From Myxococcota bacterium (lineage in GTDB: Bacteria > Myxococcota_A > Polyangia > Polyangiales > Houyiibacteriaceae), in the NCBI GenBank assembly GCA_039030515.1, contig JBCCEA010000005.1, positions 64,001 to 128,000 of the forward strand: DNA of 64,000 bases. The letters run 5' to 3'. Position 1 is the first letter of the stretch. Each line of letters begins with the position of its first letter. Under the pieces are notes generated by a model. It worked only from the letters and a program-made list of their open reading frames with translations, did not search any database and was not told the origin of the DNA. This document shows positions 28,818 through 38,205 of this stretch, one piece after another. The translations under genes and the position numbers were made by a program.

Positions 28818-30353
28818 TTGCGTTATCTTCGCAGCAAGAAGCGCAGTACGATCTCACTCATCACCTTTATTGCGATAGCGGGTGTGGCACTTGGGGTCGC
28901 CGCCTTGCTCAGCGTGCTTTCGATCACCAGCGGTTTTCAGCGTGAGTTCCGGGACAAGGTCCTCGGGGTGAACTCACACGTACTGGTGCTGCGTTACGGC
29001 GTGGACTTTGACGAGTACCGCGAGGTGATCGCGCAGGTATCGGAGCTGCCTGAGGTGGTGGGTGCGGGGCCGTTCCTTATCAACGAGATGATGCTCGCCA
29101 AAGGCGAGGGACTCAGCGGGGTCTTGGTCAAGGGCATCGACCCAGCGCAGATGCGCGACGTACTCGACCTGCCCGGTCAGATTCTCAGCGGCACGCTCGA
29201 CGGTCTTCGGGTGCGAGGCGCACCGGTCCGCCCCTCCGATCTGGATCAGCCGCCGCGAGAAGACGGCGAACTCGACCGCTATCTGCAGCAGATGCGCTTG
29301 TCCGACCTGGACGCACGCGAGTCAGAGGCAAGCGACTCGGAGGAGACCCTTGGAGCGCGCGACAACCCGCATTCGACACCCGAGGCGGCTTCTCCCGAGA
29401 TGCCGTCACTCGCAGATGTGGAGGCCGCTTTACGCGCCCTTGAAGCAGACACGCAAGATCCGTTTTCGGGCATCGACGCGGAAATGGAACAAAGGATGCT
29501 GCAGAGCGAGCTCGCGGAGATCGAGCGAGAAGAAAGCGGCATCGACGCGCTTCCGGGCATCGTGATCGGTATCGGCCTGGCTCGGGAACTGGGCATCGGA
29601 ATAGGAGATCGGGTCAAGGTAATCTCGCCACTGACCGGTCTCGACATCGGAAGCTTTGCTCCTCGAGCCCGTACGCCTCGCAGCATCGATTTTCGGGTCG
29701 TCGCCATCTTCGAAGCGGGCTTTCAGGAATACGACACCAGACTCGTGTACGTCGATCTCTACGAGGCCCAGCGCTTCTACAACAACGGAGACTCGGTCAC
29801 CGGCGTAGAGATTCGTCTCGCCGACTTGGAGCTCGCAGACGAGGTAGCTCGCACTCTCGAGGAGCAGCTAGGCGCGCCTTTTCACACGCTGGACTGGGCG
29901 ACCTTGAACCACAATCTCTTTACCGCCCTAAGGATTCAGAAAGTGATGTTGAGTCTGGTGATCGCGACGATCATCTTTGTCGCCGCATTCAACGTGATCG
30001 CCACCCTCATCATGATCGTGCTCGAGAAGAAGAGAGAGGTGTCCATCCTCAAAGCGATGGGCGCTCGAGACCGCACCATATTGGGCATCTTCATGCTGCA
30101 GGGAACCGTCATTGGGGTTGTAGGCACCGCGATCGGCCTGACGGTGGGGGGCGCTGTGGTCGGCTACCTAGACCGATACCGTTTTCCACTCGATCCCAAA
30201 GTCTATTTGATCGACCACCTTCCAGTGGTGGTCAGTCCTTGGGAGTTCGCCACCACGGTCTTGGTCGCACTGACGATTTGCATCACCGCAACGGCGATTC
30301 CGAGCATATGGGCTGCAAGAATGCGTCCTGCAGAGGGAGTCCGCTACGAGTAG
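28818..30353 (+). CDS. Lipoprotein-releasing ABC transporter permease (LolC/E family)
   Basis: LRYLRSKKR, IAGVALGVAAL, VAAFNVIATL, ILKAMGA, PAEGVRYE; start codon ambiguous. Confidence 0.92.
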   Translation: MRYLRSKKRSTISLITFIAIAGVALGVAALLSVLSITSGFQREFRDKVLGVNSHVLVLRYGVDFDEYREVIAQVSELPEVVGAGPFLINEMMLAKGEGLSGVLVKGIDPAQMRDVLDLPGQILSGTLDGLRVRGAPVRPSDLDQPPREDGELDRYLQQMRLSDLDARESEASDSEETLGARDNPHSTPEAASPEMPSLADVEAALRALEADTQDPFSGIDAEMEQRMLQSELAEIEREESGIDALPGIVIGIGLARELGIGIGDRVKVISPLTGLDIGSFAPRARTPRSIDFRVVAIFEAGFQEYDTRLVYVDLYEAQRFYNNGDSVTGVEIRLADLELADEVARTLEEQLGAPFHTLDWATLNHNLFTALRIQKVMLSLVIATIIFVAAFNVIATLIMIVLEKKREVSILKAMGARDRTILGIFMLQGTVIGVVGTAIGLTVGGAVVGYLDRYRFPLDPKVYLIDHLPVVVSPWEFATTVLVALTICITATAIPSIWAARMRPAEGVRYE

Positions 30354-30611
30354 TGCCGCTACGATGACCGTATCCCGGCCCTGAATCATCGCCTGCAGAC
30401 GGAGCGCTTTCGGGATTTGCGATCAAGAAGTGCGGGTGGCGCATGTCGAATCGGGCACGGGTGGATGCGCAAGGGTGCGACAACAAGCCGCCCCTCGACG
30501 GGTACCGATTTAAGGTGGGTATGGTAGTCGTCTCTGGATGAGAGAGATTCTTGCAAACCGTAATATCGATTCTTTGAGTGCATCTCGCCGCAGACCGTAT
30601 CGGGACTACGG

Positions 30612-30677
30612 TGAACGGGTAGGCAGAGATGAACGGGTAGGCAGAGATGAACGGGTAGGCAGAGATGAACGGGTAGG
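30612..30677. repeat. 18-bp tandem repeat (TGAACGGGTAGGCAGAGA) x3.6
   Basis: Three exact copies plus one partial copy. Confidence 0.95.
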
Positions 30678-30699
30678 TAGATTGCGTAGACAGGAACCG

Positions 30700-31674
30700 G
30701 TGCGGTGGTTTGACCCACAGTCTATTCGCCCACGGTCCGCCCTCGTGACCCAACTGGTACTGCTCCTCTCATCGGCGAGCTTGGTCGCCTGCGGAGACGA
30801 CAGCAGCAGCACGACATCCCTAGCTCTGGAGTTCCGTGCAAGCGACGGGGTGAACCCCGTGACCTGTGAAGAGGGTTTTGATGTGGCCGGAGAGGGCACA
30901 GGCTCGTTCAACGTGGGCGTCAGCGACATCCGCTTTTACGTCAGCAACTTGAGAGCTTTTGACTCAAGCGGCACTGAGCTCTCTCTTGAACTCGACGAAA
31001 ACGAGTTTCAGTACAGTGGACCCTCAGGTTGGGTCGGGCTCATCGACCTGACGAGCAACAGTGCGGGAGATTGCTCGCCAGAGGCGATCGCTTTTGCGGA
31101 GGGAACAGGCAGAACGAACACCGAAATCACCGGCATCGCGGGTGGTGAAGTGGATCGAATCACCTTTGACGTCGGCGTGCCCCAGGCGGTGATGCGCGAG
31201 ACGATCGCCGATTTCACTGCGGAAGGCGCCCCTTCACCTCTGAATGAAATGCACTGGTCCTGGGCAAGCGCCCACCGACATTTCGTATTCAACTTCACCG
31301 TCGAAACTCAGGGCGGAGAAACAGGAGACGGCTATGTGCACGTGGGCAGCCGTGACTGCGGAGGCGACGGGGCACGCGCGTTGACCGATCGAGAAGCGTG
31401 CGGGCTTTTGTATACGCCTTCGGTTGACTTGACCGGTTACGACCCGGCGCAGGTGATCGATGTCAACCTAGCACGACTCCTCGAAGGCCTGGATTTCGTT
31501 GCGCCGGTCTACGACCCGACCACGTTTGAGATCATCGGCGAGGGACCTGGAGTGGAATGCCATTCAGCCCCGGCAACGCAACCTCACTGCAACCTGCTCT
31601 TTGGCGCGTTGGGCGTCGATCCTTCAGGCGGCCTGTCTGACGCTGATTTGAATGAGGTCTTTTCGCTGCAGTGA
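30700..31674 (+). CDS. MbnP-family copper-binding lipoprotein
   Basis: Lipobox LVAC, DIRFYVSN, MHWSW (WxW motif), HVGSRDC; lies directly upstream of an MbnH-like gene. Confidence 0.85.
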   Translation: MRWFDPQSIRPRSALVTQLVLLLSSASLVACGDDSSSTTSLALEFRASDGVNPVTCEEGFDVAGEGTGSFNVGVSDIRFYVSNLRAFDSSGTELSLELDENEFQYSGPSGWVGLIDLTSNSAGDCSPEAIAFAEGTGRTNTEITGIAGGEVDRITFDVGVPQAVMRETIADFTAEGAPSPLNEMHWSWASAHRHFVFNFTVETQGGETGDGYVHVGSRDCGGDGARALTDREACGLLYTPSVDLTGYDPAQVIDVNLARLLEGLDFVAPVYDPTTFEIIGEGPGVECHSAPATQPHCNLLFGALGVDPSGGLSDADLNEVFSLQ

Positions 31675-31718
31675 GCGCGCTTTAATATACCTTCGATAGG
31701 GAAAGCTTGAACTACCCG

Positions 31719-33377
31719 ATGATCGCAAAGCGACCTGCACAGTCAGGCCTTCACATCACGCTGCAGTATACCTTTGTATTCGCGCTGTTGTGCACGGGGC
31801 TCGGGTGCGTCGCGGACAGCTCCGAGCGTGCGCCGCTGACGAGAGAGGAACTGAGGCGGCTACTTGGAGTGCCCGATCACTTCCTGCTCCCGGCGATTCC
31901 CGAGTTCAACCCTCCCACCGCAGAGAAGATCGAGCTGGGCAGGCATTTGTTTTTCGACCCGGCCCTATCCGGCAACGGCACTCAGTCGTGCGCCAGCTGT
32001 CATGATCCCGCCCACGCATTTGCGGATGGCCTGGTGCGCCCCGTAGGCTCCACGGGACAAAGTCTCCTCAGAAACAGTCAGGGTCTTGCCAACGTCGCTT
32101 ACTCCGCATCGCTCACCTGGGCAAACAAGGACCTGCACACTCTGGAAGCACAGATTCGGGTGCCGCTCACCAGCGATATGCCGGTCGAGCTTGGCCTGAC
32201 CGACGGAGTGCGAGCGGAGGTTGTTGCGAGATTCGACGCCGATCCCGACTACCAACGCCTCTTTGAGCGCGCGTTCCCGAGATCGGAGCCCGGTGCCACC
32301 CTCAACAAGGTGATCTTGGCGCTGGCCGATTTTCTACGCACCATGGTCAGCGGCGCCAGCGCCTACGATCGCTATCTCAACGGCGATCCGGACGCGCTCA
32401 GCGAGCGTCAAATCGAGGGGCTTCGGCTGTTCAACGGGGAGAAGTTCGAATGCCACCACTGTCACGGCGGGATCAACTTCACCACCTCTTATGCTGACGA
32501 ACGCCTTGACGAGAGCACGTCGATCAATCCGTTCTTCAACAACGGTCTGTACAACGTGGACGGCACCGGAGGCTATCCGCAGGGCAATCAGGGCCTTTAC
32601 GACCTCACGTTTGATCCCGATCATCGAGGTCTTTTTCGACCCCCGGGGCTTCGCAATGTGGAGCGGACTGCTCCCTACATGCACGACGGTTCGATCTCCA
32701 CGCTGCGTGGAGTGGTCGCGCACTACGTGGCCGGTGGACGCCATATCGAGGAGGGTGCGTTTGCGGGAGATGGCCGGATCAGCCCTCTGAAATCTGGATT
32801 GATTCGGCCCATCGATGCGACAGAGGAGGAGATTACTTCGCTGGTCGCATTTCTCACGGCGCTTACCGACGAGCACTTCATCACGAGCCCACAACTCCAA
32901 AATCCTTTTGAGTGTGTGGACGGTAGCTGCCTCGGACAGGGCAAGGATGCGCCGGCACCGGATGCATCACCTTCTTTGCCGCTCGGGCCGGAGGACGCGT
33001 TTGCACAAGAGGGCTGCGAAGCCTTTGATGCGGCGGAGCCCCCGACTCTTGAGGCCGCCAGCGCGATCGACGAAGCACCATCGGTCGCGCTAGCATTGCG
33101 ACAGGTTCAGCAAGTTCAGGTAGAGAACGAGGGCTTTGTGACCCTCCGCATCGATCGAGCGCACCACGACTGGGCGCTTTTTTCAGACGAAGACCTTACG
33201 ATTCAGTCTCCTGACGGTCTGTTCACGGTTCACTACCTTGCCGGCGCCTGCCCCGAGCAGCGTATCGTCGATCGTCGCGCCCACATTCACGACGAGGGCG
33301 ACTACCTGCTGATCTTGCGAGGCAGCGGTACGTTTCGAGTGTTCACGACCCACAACGCCTCCGACCACGCCGGGTAG
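31719..33377 (+). CDS. MbnH-family di-heme enzyme (bCcP/MauG superfamily) with extra C-terminal domain
   Basis: LGRHLFFD, CASCH, CHHCH, PYMHDGS, GGRHI...SPLKS; about 155 extra residues after LQNPF. Confidence 0.9.
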   Translation: MIAKRPAQSGLHITLQYTFVFALLCTGLGCVADSSERAPLTREELRRLLGVPDHFLLPAIPEFNPPTAEKIELGRHLFFDPALSGNGTQSCASCHDPAHAFADGLVRPVGSTGQSLLRNSQGLANVAYSASLTWANKDLHTLEAQIRVPLTSDMPVELGLTDGVRAEVVARFDADPDYQRLFERAFPRSEPGATLNKVILALADFLRTMVSGASAYDRYLNGDPDALSERQIEGLRLFNGEKFECHHCHGGINFTTSYADERLDESTSINPFFNNGLYNVDGTGGYPQGNQGLYDLTFDPDHRGLFRPPGLRNVERTAPYMHDGSISTLRGVVAHYVAGGRHIEEGAFAGDGRISPLKSGLIRPIDATEEEITSLVAFLTALTDEHFITSPQLQNPFECVDGSCLGQGKDAPAPDASPSLPLGPEDAFAQEGCEAFDAAEPPTLEAASAIDEAPSVALALRQVQQVQVENEGFVTLRIDRAHHDWALFSDEDLTIQSPDGLFTVHYLAGACPEQRIVDRRAHIHDEGDYLLILRGSGTFRVFTTHNASDHAG

Positions 33378-33574
33378 CGCGCGCTGCACGACCCCGCCCG
33401 GCAGTCCGGTCCACCGGCGCGGCACTCACTCCAGTGCGTGACTCGATACAGCAAGCCCATCGCCGAGGGAGTCACTCAAAAAAGAGAGGGTGTACGTACG
33501 GCACAATCGGGTCGGCCTTGAGGGATTAGCGAAATCATGGTTGTCTGCATCATCTATTTGTGTACATTTACAGT

Positions 33575-33829
33575 ATGAAGGCATCTGAGGAGCCCGATTC
33601 GCCTCGCACAGAACCACGTGCCGAACGTTTTCTCACCCTCCCGCAGCTCGCAAAGGCGCTCAGGGATGCCGTAGGCGATCCAATTCTCTTTTCCACTGTG
33701 GCCACCCGCGTAGTGCTTCGAACCGGCGTCGACCTTTGCAGTCAGGATCAACAGGGCGGGGCTATCCCGGAGTCGGAAGCCATCAAACTGGCGGTCCAGG
33801 CGATCGAGGATATGAGCATCGCGCTATGA
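33575..33829 (+). CDS. Small hypothetical protein coupled to the FIST gene
   Basis: ATGA overlap with the FIST gene; resembles the protein at 34937-35146. Confidence 0.65.
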   Translation: MKASEEPDSPRTEPRAERFLTLPQLAKALRDAVGDPILFSTVATRVVLRTGVDLCSQDQQGGAIPESEAIKLAVQAIEDMSIAL

Positions 33830-34950
33830 ACTACGTCAGCGCCTACAGCAAAAATCCTGTCACTCACGAGGCTGCGCGGGAGGTGTCCGGAGCACTCGGT
33901 CGCGACCCACTGCGTGTCATCGTCTACTTTGCGGGGCTTGCACACGACGGCGCGGAGATCGGTAGGGTGTTGTCAGAGGCCTTTCCGCAAGCCCACGTCA
34001 TTGGCTGTTCCACCAACGGTGAGTTTGGCAACGGGTGGCACGGTGAGGGTGGAATCAGCGCTCTCGGACTCGGCCCTGCAGTCGTTCGCAAGGCCGCCTC
34101 GGCTTTGGCCGATTTGACCGACGGCGTTGCGCCGGGCATCGAGCGTGCATGCTTTTCTCTTGAATCACAGATAGGGTCACCGCTTCGGGAGCTTTCATAC
34201 AAAAATCACGTCGGCGTGGTTCTTCACGAGGGCGCAAAAGGTCAAGAAGAAGCCCTAAACGAGGTGCTTGGCAACAGGGCTCCTCAGCTCGCGATCGTAG
34301 GTGGCTCAGCGGGAGACAACCTCACATTCGAACAGACCTGGGTGACTCGTGGTTCGCAGTGCGCCCACAACGCTTCGGCCATCCTGATTCTTGATCTAGC
34401 AGTGCCGTTCAAGGCCCTTCAAGCCTGCCATTTCCTGCCCAAAGCCGAGGGAGTTGAGATTACCCGCTCGGAACCACTGTCGCGCTTGGTGCATGAAATC
34501 GACGGCATCCCAGCAACCTCTTTTTTCGAAAAACACCTCGGCGTGGATCAAGGCTGTTTGAATCTGAGTCATCTTTTTGGAGCACCGTTCGGCTTGATGT
34601 TCGAGGGGAAGCCTTGGCTGCGAAGCCCGGTCGCCGTTGAAGGCACTTCGGTGAGGTTTGCCTGCCGGATACCTCAGGGAACCCGCTTGAATATGATGCA
34701 GCCGAGCGAACATATCGTGACCCACCTTCGTGGTGTACTTCGCGGTGCAGACTCTGATCTCGGCGGTACCGGTGCCGCATTGCTCTTCAACTGCGCGTTC
34801 CGGAAGCTTGAAGTGGACAGGCTTGGTGTAGCCGATGAGTACCACGCGCTACTGAGCGAGATCATACACGCCGGATTACATACGAATGGTGAGACTTACC
34901 TAGACCACCTCAATCAAACCTTTACAGGGCTTTTCTTTGGCAACCACTAG
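33826..34950 (+). CDS. FIST signal transduction protein (FIST_N + FIST_C)
   Basis: IGCSTNGE, VGGSAGD, VHEIDG, FNCAFR, TNGE, HLNQT. Confidence 0.9.
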   Translation: MNYVSAYSKNPVTHEAAREVSGALGRDPLRVIVYFAGLAHDGAEIGRVLSEAFPQAHVIGCSTNGEFGNGWHGEGGISALGLGPAVVRKAASALADLTDGVAPGIERACFSLESQIGSPLRELSYKNHVGVVLHEGAKGQEEALNEVLGNRAPQLAIVGGSAGDNLTFEQTWVTRGSQCAHNASAILILDLAVPFKALQACHFLPKAEGVEITRSEPLSRLVHEIDGIPATSFFEKHLGVDQGCLNLSHLFGAPFGLMFEGKPWLRSPVAVEGTSVRFACRIPQGTRLNMMQPSEHIVTHLRGVLRGADSDLGGTGAALLFNCAFRKLEVDRLGVADEYHALLSEIIHAGLHTNGETYLDHLNQTFTGLFFGNH

Positions 34951-35146
34951 AGCGACTTTGTTATTTGATAGAATAAGGAGAGATCGAGGCCCTTTTTTCC
35001 TCGCTCGCGTGAAGCTTCGTGCGGGGCAGGACCTTATGCGTGACCGTAAGACTGGCCAAGCGCGATCGATCGAGGAAAGCCCAGAGTACTTTCAGGCGGT
35101 GGTGGAGGCCGCTCGAGGACTTGGCTACGAGCCTGAAGTGCCCTGA
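34937..35146 (+). CDS. Small hypothetical protein downstream of the FIST gene
   Basis: Overlaps the FIST stop by 14 nt; ARVKLRAGQDL resembles TRVVLRTGVDL of the upstream small protein. Confidence 0.6.
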   Translation: MATTRATLLFDRIRRDRGPFFLARVKLRAGQDLMRDRKTGQARSIEESPEYFQAVVEAARGLGYEPEVP

Positions 35147-35525
35147 GGCTGGGAGTTGAACGACACCTGCGGCCCACAGATGCATAAGCACCCGGCGATG
35201 GAGGTCGGTATCTATTGAAGACAGGTCGCGGTGCTTCGAAGGGAGAGTAGGATTGGGGCCACGCGACGGAAACCTTATGTTTCCTCCAGATAGGGATCTC
35301 CTGCGGATACGTATCGAGGGTATGGGCGATGGCATTTGTGATGTGCCAACACAGCGTATCGAGCGACCCGTTAAGCCTGTTGGCTCAAAATACACCCACC
35401 AAGTATAGAAATGCGGAGCGATGGAGATTGCCGTGGGAAGCGCTACGCTGACCGTTGATGCGCTGTGACCACAGTTCTGATGTAGACCTGCCTGCCCTAC
35501 GTCAGCCTGCCGCCGACCGGAGCGC

Positions 35526-36692
35526 ATGGCATTCGCGGAGACTCTCCCGATGACCTTACCCCACGGTTGGGAGGAGATTGTTTTTGGAGCCATGTGGGAA
35601 TGCGCTGCTCCCACGGATGTTGCCGCGCAGCTCGCTTCCGTTTCACGCGCCGGACGTACCATCCATGGCCCCAATGCACGCGACTTGCGAGCTGCCGCAA
35701 AAGCCGCTGCCGACGCCCGAACATTCTTGGAAAGTCGTGATCGCCCCATAACCCATCTGGCATTTCTGCCGGGCCCCGACGGTGGTCGATTGATTTGGGT
35801 AAAAAAGACACCAAACGGAGTTCTCTTGGGCATCGACGATCGGAACATCAACCATCGGGTCATCTTGAGTGAACCCGGCCTAGTAGAGAACAAACCGCTC
35901 ATCGCGAGTGAAGACGGCTCTCTTTTTGCATTAACCATGATCGATGGTCTTCACGTGTTCGACCGTGATGGGAGAGCTCTCGGCGCAGTGGGGCCAGCCC
36001 CGAACACGATTCAGGACTACGCTCTCTCCTCATCTGCCGGTGTCCTTCTCATAGTCACAAGTCCGGTTCCGATCGGTATCGCACTGCAGCCGACCACCCT
36101 ACACGCGTACGATCTGGCGACACTTCAGCCAATCTGGACCCGCGCCGGATTCCACCCCTTTGCGCGCATCGCTCTTTTCAAATCCGGTACCCACCTAGCG
36201 GTAAGCCGCGACACCCAAGTTCGAGTCTTCCAGTTACGCAGCGATCGCTCCTTGTCGGAACATCCGGCGATCAAACTTGGAAGACTCCACTCGCCTTCGG
36301 GCCCCCACAACTACCTGGTGGATTTGAAGTGTTCCGCTGGCCCATCTGGGCGACCCATCGTCGCCGCGCTCTCTTCGACGGGAACACTTAGGCTCTACAC
36401 ATCACGGTCCAGGAGATCGCCTAGAAGTTGGGGACGCCTCAGAAAGCATCGGTATCAAGGGCCCCTTGCCCAGTGGAACCTCTTCGTCGAGGGCAGCCTA
36501 GCGTTTTCTCCAAACGGGAGATTTCTGGGCATCAACCAAGTAGATAAAGAGAGGATTTTCGACCTTAACGCAGGCCGTTGGGTCCGAGACGAGACGCGTG
36601 TAGGTCAAGTGTTCACGACGCTGTCCGATCGAGCTGCCTGGACGGTGAGTCATGAGGAACCTTGGAACGTTGCTCGGTGGCCACTTCCGTGA
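35526..36692 (+). CDS. Hypothetical beta-propeller (WD40-like) protein with possible F-box-like N-terminus
   Basis: SEDGS, AFSPNGRFL, LHAYDL repeats; paralogous to 43151-44335. Confidence 0.65.
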   Translation: MAFAETLPMTLPHGWEEIVFGAMWECAAPTDVAAQLASVSRAGRTIHGPNARDLRAAAKAAADARTFLESRDRPITHLAFLPGPDGGRLIWVKKTPNGVLLGIDDRNINHRVILSEPGLVENKPLIASEDGSLFALTMIDGLHVFDRDGRALGAVGPAPNTIQDYALSSSAGVLLIVTSPVPIGIALQPTTLHAYDLATLQPIWTRAGFHPFARIALFKSGTHLAVSRDTQVRVFQLRSDRSLSEHPAIKLGRLHSPSGPHNYLVDLKCSAGPSGRPIVAALSSTGTLRLYTSRSRRSPRSWGRLRKHRYQGPLAQWNLFVEGSLAFSPNGRFLGINQVDKERIFDLNAGRWVRDETRVGQVFTTLSDRAAWTVSHEEPWNVARWPLP

Positions 36693-36807
36693 CTATGTAC
36701 GAAGCCCCGGCACTCCATGCTCCAGCGGATGTAGAGTAGACCGCTGACGCAGTCCGAACCGGAATTTCTCGAGAGGCACAGCAGCGCAGAAGAGATCCAG
36801 GATCGCC

Positions 36808-36836
36808 TTGACACGCGAGCAGCCTACGGTTACGTG
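36808..36836 (+). promoter_or_regulatory. Native sigma70-type tRNA promoter, now upstream of the truncated tRNA copy
   Basis: TTGACA-17 nt-TACGTG, 10 nt before the tRNA 5' end. Confidence 0.75.
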
Positions 36837-36842
36837 AGCCTT

Positions 36843-36886
<44 letters not shown>

Positions 36887-37047
36887 ACAGCGCTCCCACT
36901 GAAACCCAGAGAAAGCGCTGAGAACTTCGGGGTTTACCCGTTTCCGGCTGTTGCATGCCGTCCCGGGGTGTCCCAGCGAAAGTGAGGACTCAGGTGGGGC
37001 CTTCCGCTCCCTTAACTGCACGACGTGAACTCGTGTTGGGCTGGCTT

Positions 37048-37743
37048 TCAGGTCATCCTAGCGAAGTCGTCAGCAAGCAATGATAGAACTTGCTCGCCTA
37101 GGGCAGCAGCCGTTGAGAAAGTCGCAGGAATATCCCCGGTTGCAGCTCCCGCCACTACCTCCTCCGGGCGGTAACGCACGCAGTTTCCCACCTCACTCTC
37201 GACCGCGGCTACGTGCTCGCATGACGCCTTGGGGTCACTTCGTAGAGCCTCGACGATCTTTTCTTGCCACGCGGTGTCGTCGTATCGAGACGGCCAGCTA
37301 TCCATTTCCAGGAGCCTCACGCCGATGCCACCCGTCAAAGCCAAAACAAACGTTGCGCAGGTCAAGCCAACTTCCCCCTCGCCCAGAAGGAGCTTCCCGT
37401 CAGACTTGTCGAACGAAGTCTGGCAGTGCTTCAGCGCGTAGGGGATTTCACTGGTCGAATGCCTGTCTACGACCAGTCGGCAAAATGCTGCGACGCTACG
37501 CGATATCGGTGAGGGAACTGGCAGATCTGCCAGTCGCATCCACTTCGCGTCTGGTTCCAACGCATCATCTCTCAGTCGGCGGTGGAAGGCGAGATGGACG
37601 ACTCGAACGGAATTCAAGGCGCCGGTCCTGTAGGCAAGGCCGACGTGCTGTTGCTCTCCATCGGTCGTGCATATCGCGACGGCGACGTGGTTCCCGTCGG
37701 TCAGTATGGGACGCTCAATCTTGCGGACGGCGTGAATTCCCAT
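37048..37743 (-). CDS. Hypothetical protein, permuted papain-like (NlpC/P60) motif order
   Basis: HVGLAY...HLAFH...IPYA...GLTCATFV, with His before Cys. Confidence 0.7.
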   Translation of the reverse strand: MGIHAVRKIERPILTDGNHVAVAICTTDGEQQHVGLAYRTGALNSVRVVHLAFHRRLRDDALEPDAKWMRLADLPVPSPISRSVAAFCRLVVDRHSTSEIPYALKHCQTSFDKSDGKLLLGEGEVGLTCATFVLALTGGIGVRLLEMDSWPSRYDDTAWQEKIVEALRSDPKASCEHVAAVESEVGNCVRYRPEEVVAGAATGDIPATFSTAAALGEQVLSLLADDFARMT

Positions 37744-37764
37744 TGGTCCGTCGCTCGTTCGGCA

Positions 37765-38205
37765 CTAGCCAAGATGGCGCATGGTCTCGTCAGCGGCATC
37801 AGCGCCGACGGCGCCGACCAAGCGAGTTCTCAGCCGTGTCAGCAGGCTCCCGTAAGCTTCCGTACCGCTCATCGTACGAGCGATCATCATCAAGCCGACC
37901 GTGGTATCGGTATCGACGCGCTCCACAGGCCACCAGTGCAAAAGGAGCCCGAGTGTGTCGGTGCGTTCTGCATGTAGGAGGCTGTCGCAAAGCAGGAATA
38001 GCATGTCTAGTGCAGCGTCGATTTCGCCACTGCTGTCAAGTGCGCATATCCTGTCGACCGTAAGCCACGGAAAGCCCGTCGATGTTTCTTCTTGATGGAG
38101 GTAGACCTCATGAATCGCGCTGTCTAGGCGCTGTCCGGCTTGGCTAGACAGTCTCGGACGCCGCAGCAACGGAGTCACGCTCTTAGAAGTAGCGACTGAT
38201 GTCAT
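37765..38205 (-). CDS. Hypothetical helical protein, middle gene of the cargo operon
   Basis: ATGA overlap with the upstream gene, 21 nt gap to the downstream gene. Confidence 0.7.
   Translation of the reverse strand: MTSVATSKSVTPLLRRPRLSSQAGQRLDSAIHEVYLHQEETSTGFPWLTVDRICALDSSGEIDAALDMLFLLCDSLLHAERTDTLGLLLHWWPVERVDTDTTVGLMMIARTMSGTEAYGSLLTRLRTRLVGAVGADAADETMRHLG

Noticed and set aside
30538..30699. RVGRDE peptide repeats as the N-terminus of MbnP
   Set aside because: They come from an 18-bp DNA repeat upstream of a better start (GTG 30700) that gives a normal lipoprotein signal
30700..33377. Methanobactin biosynthetic cluster
   Set aside because: No precursor peptide, mbnB, mbnC or TonB-dependent transporter is visible; mbnPH pairs often occur alone
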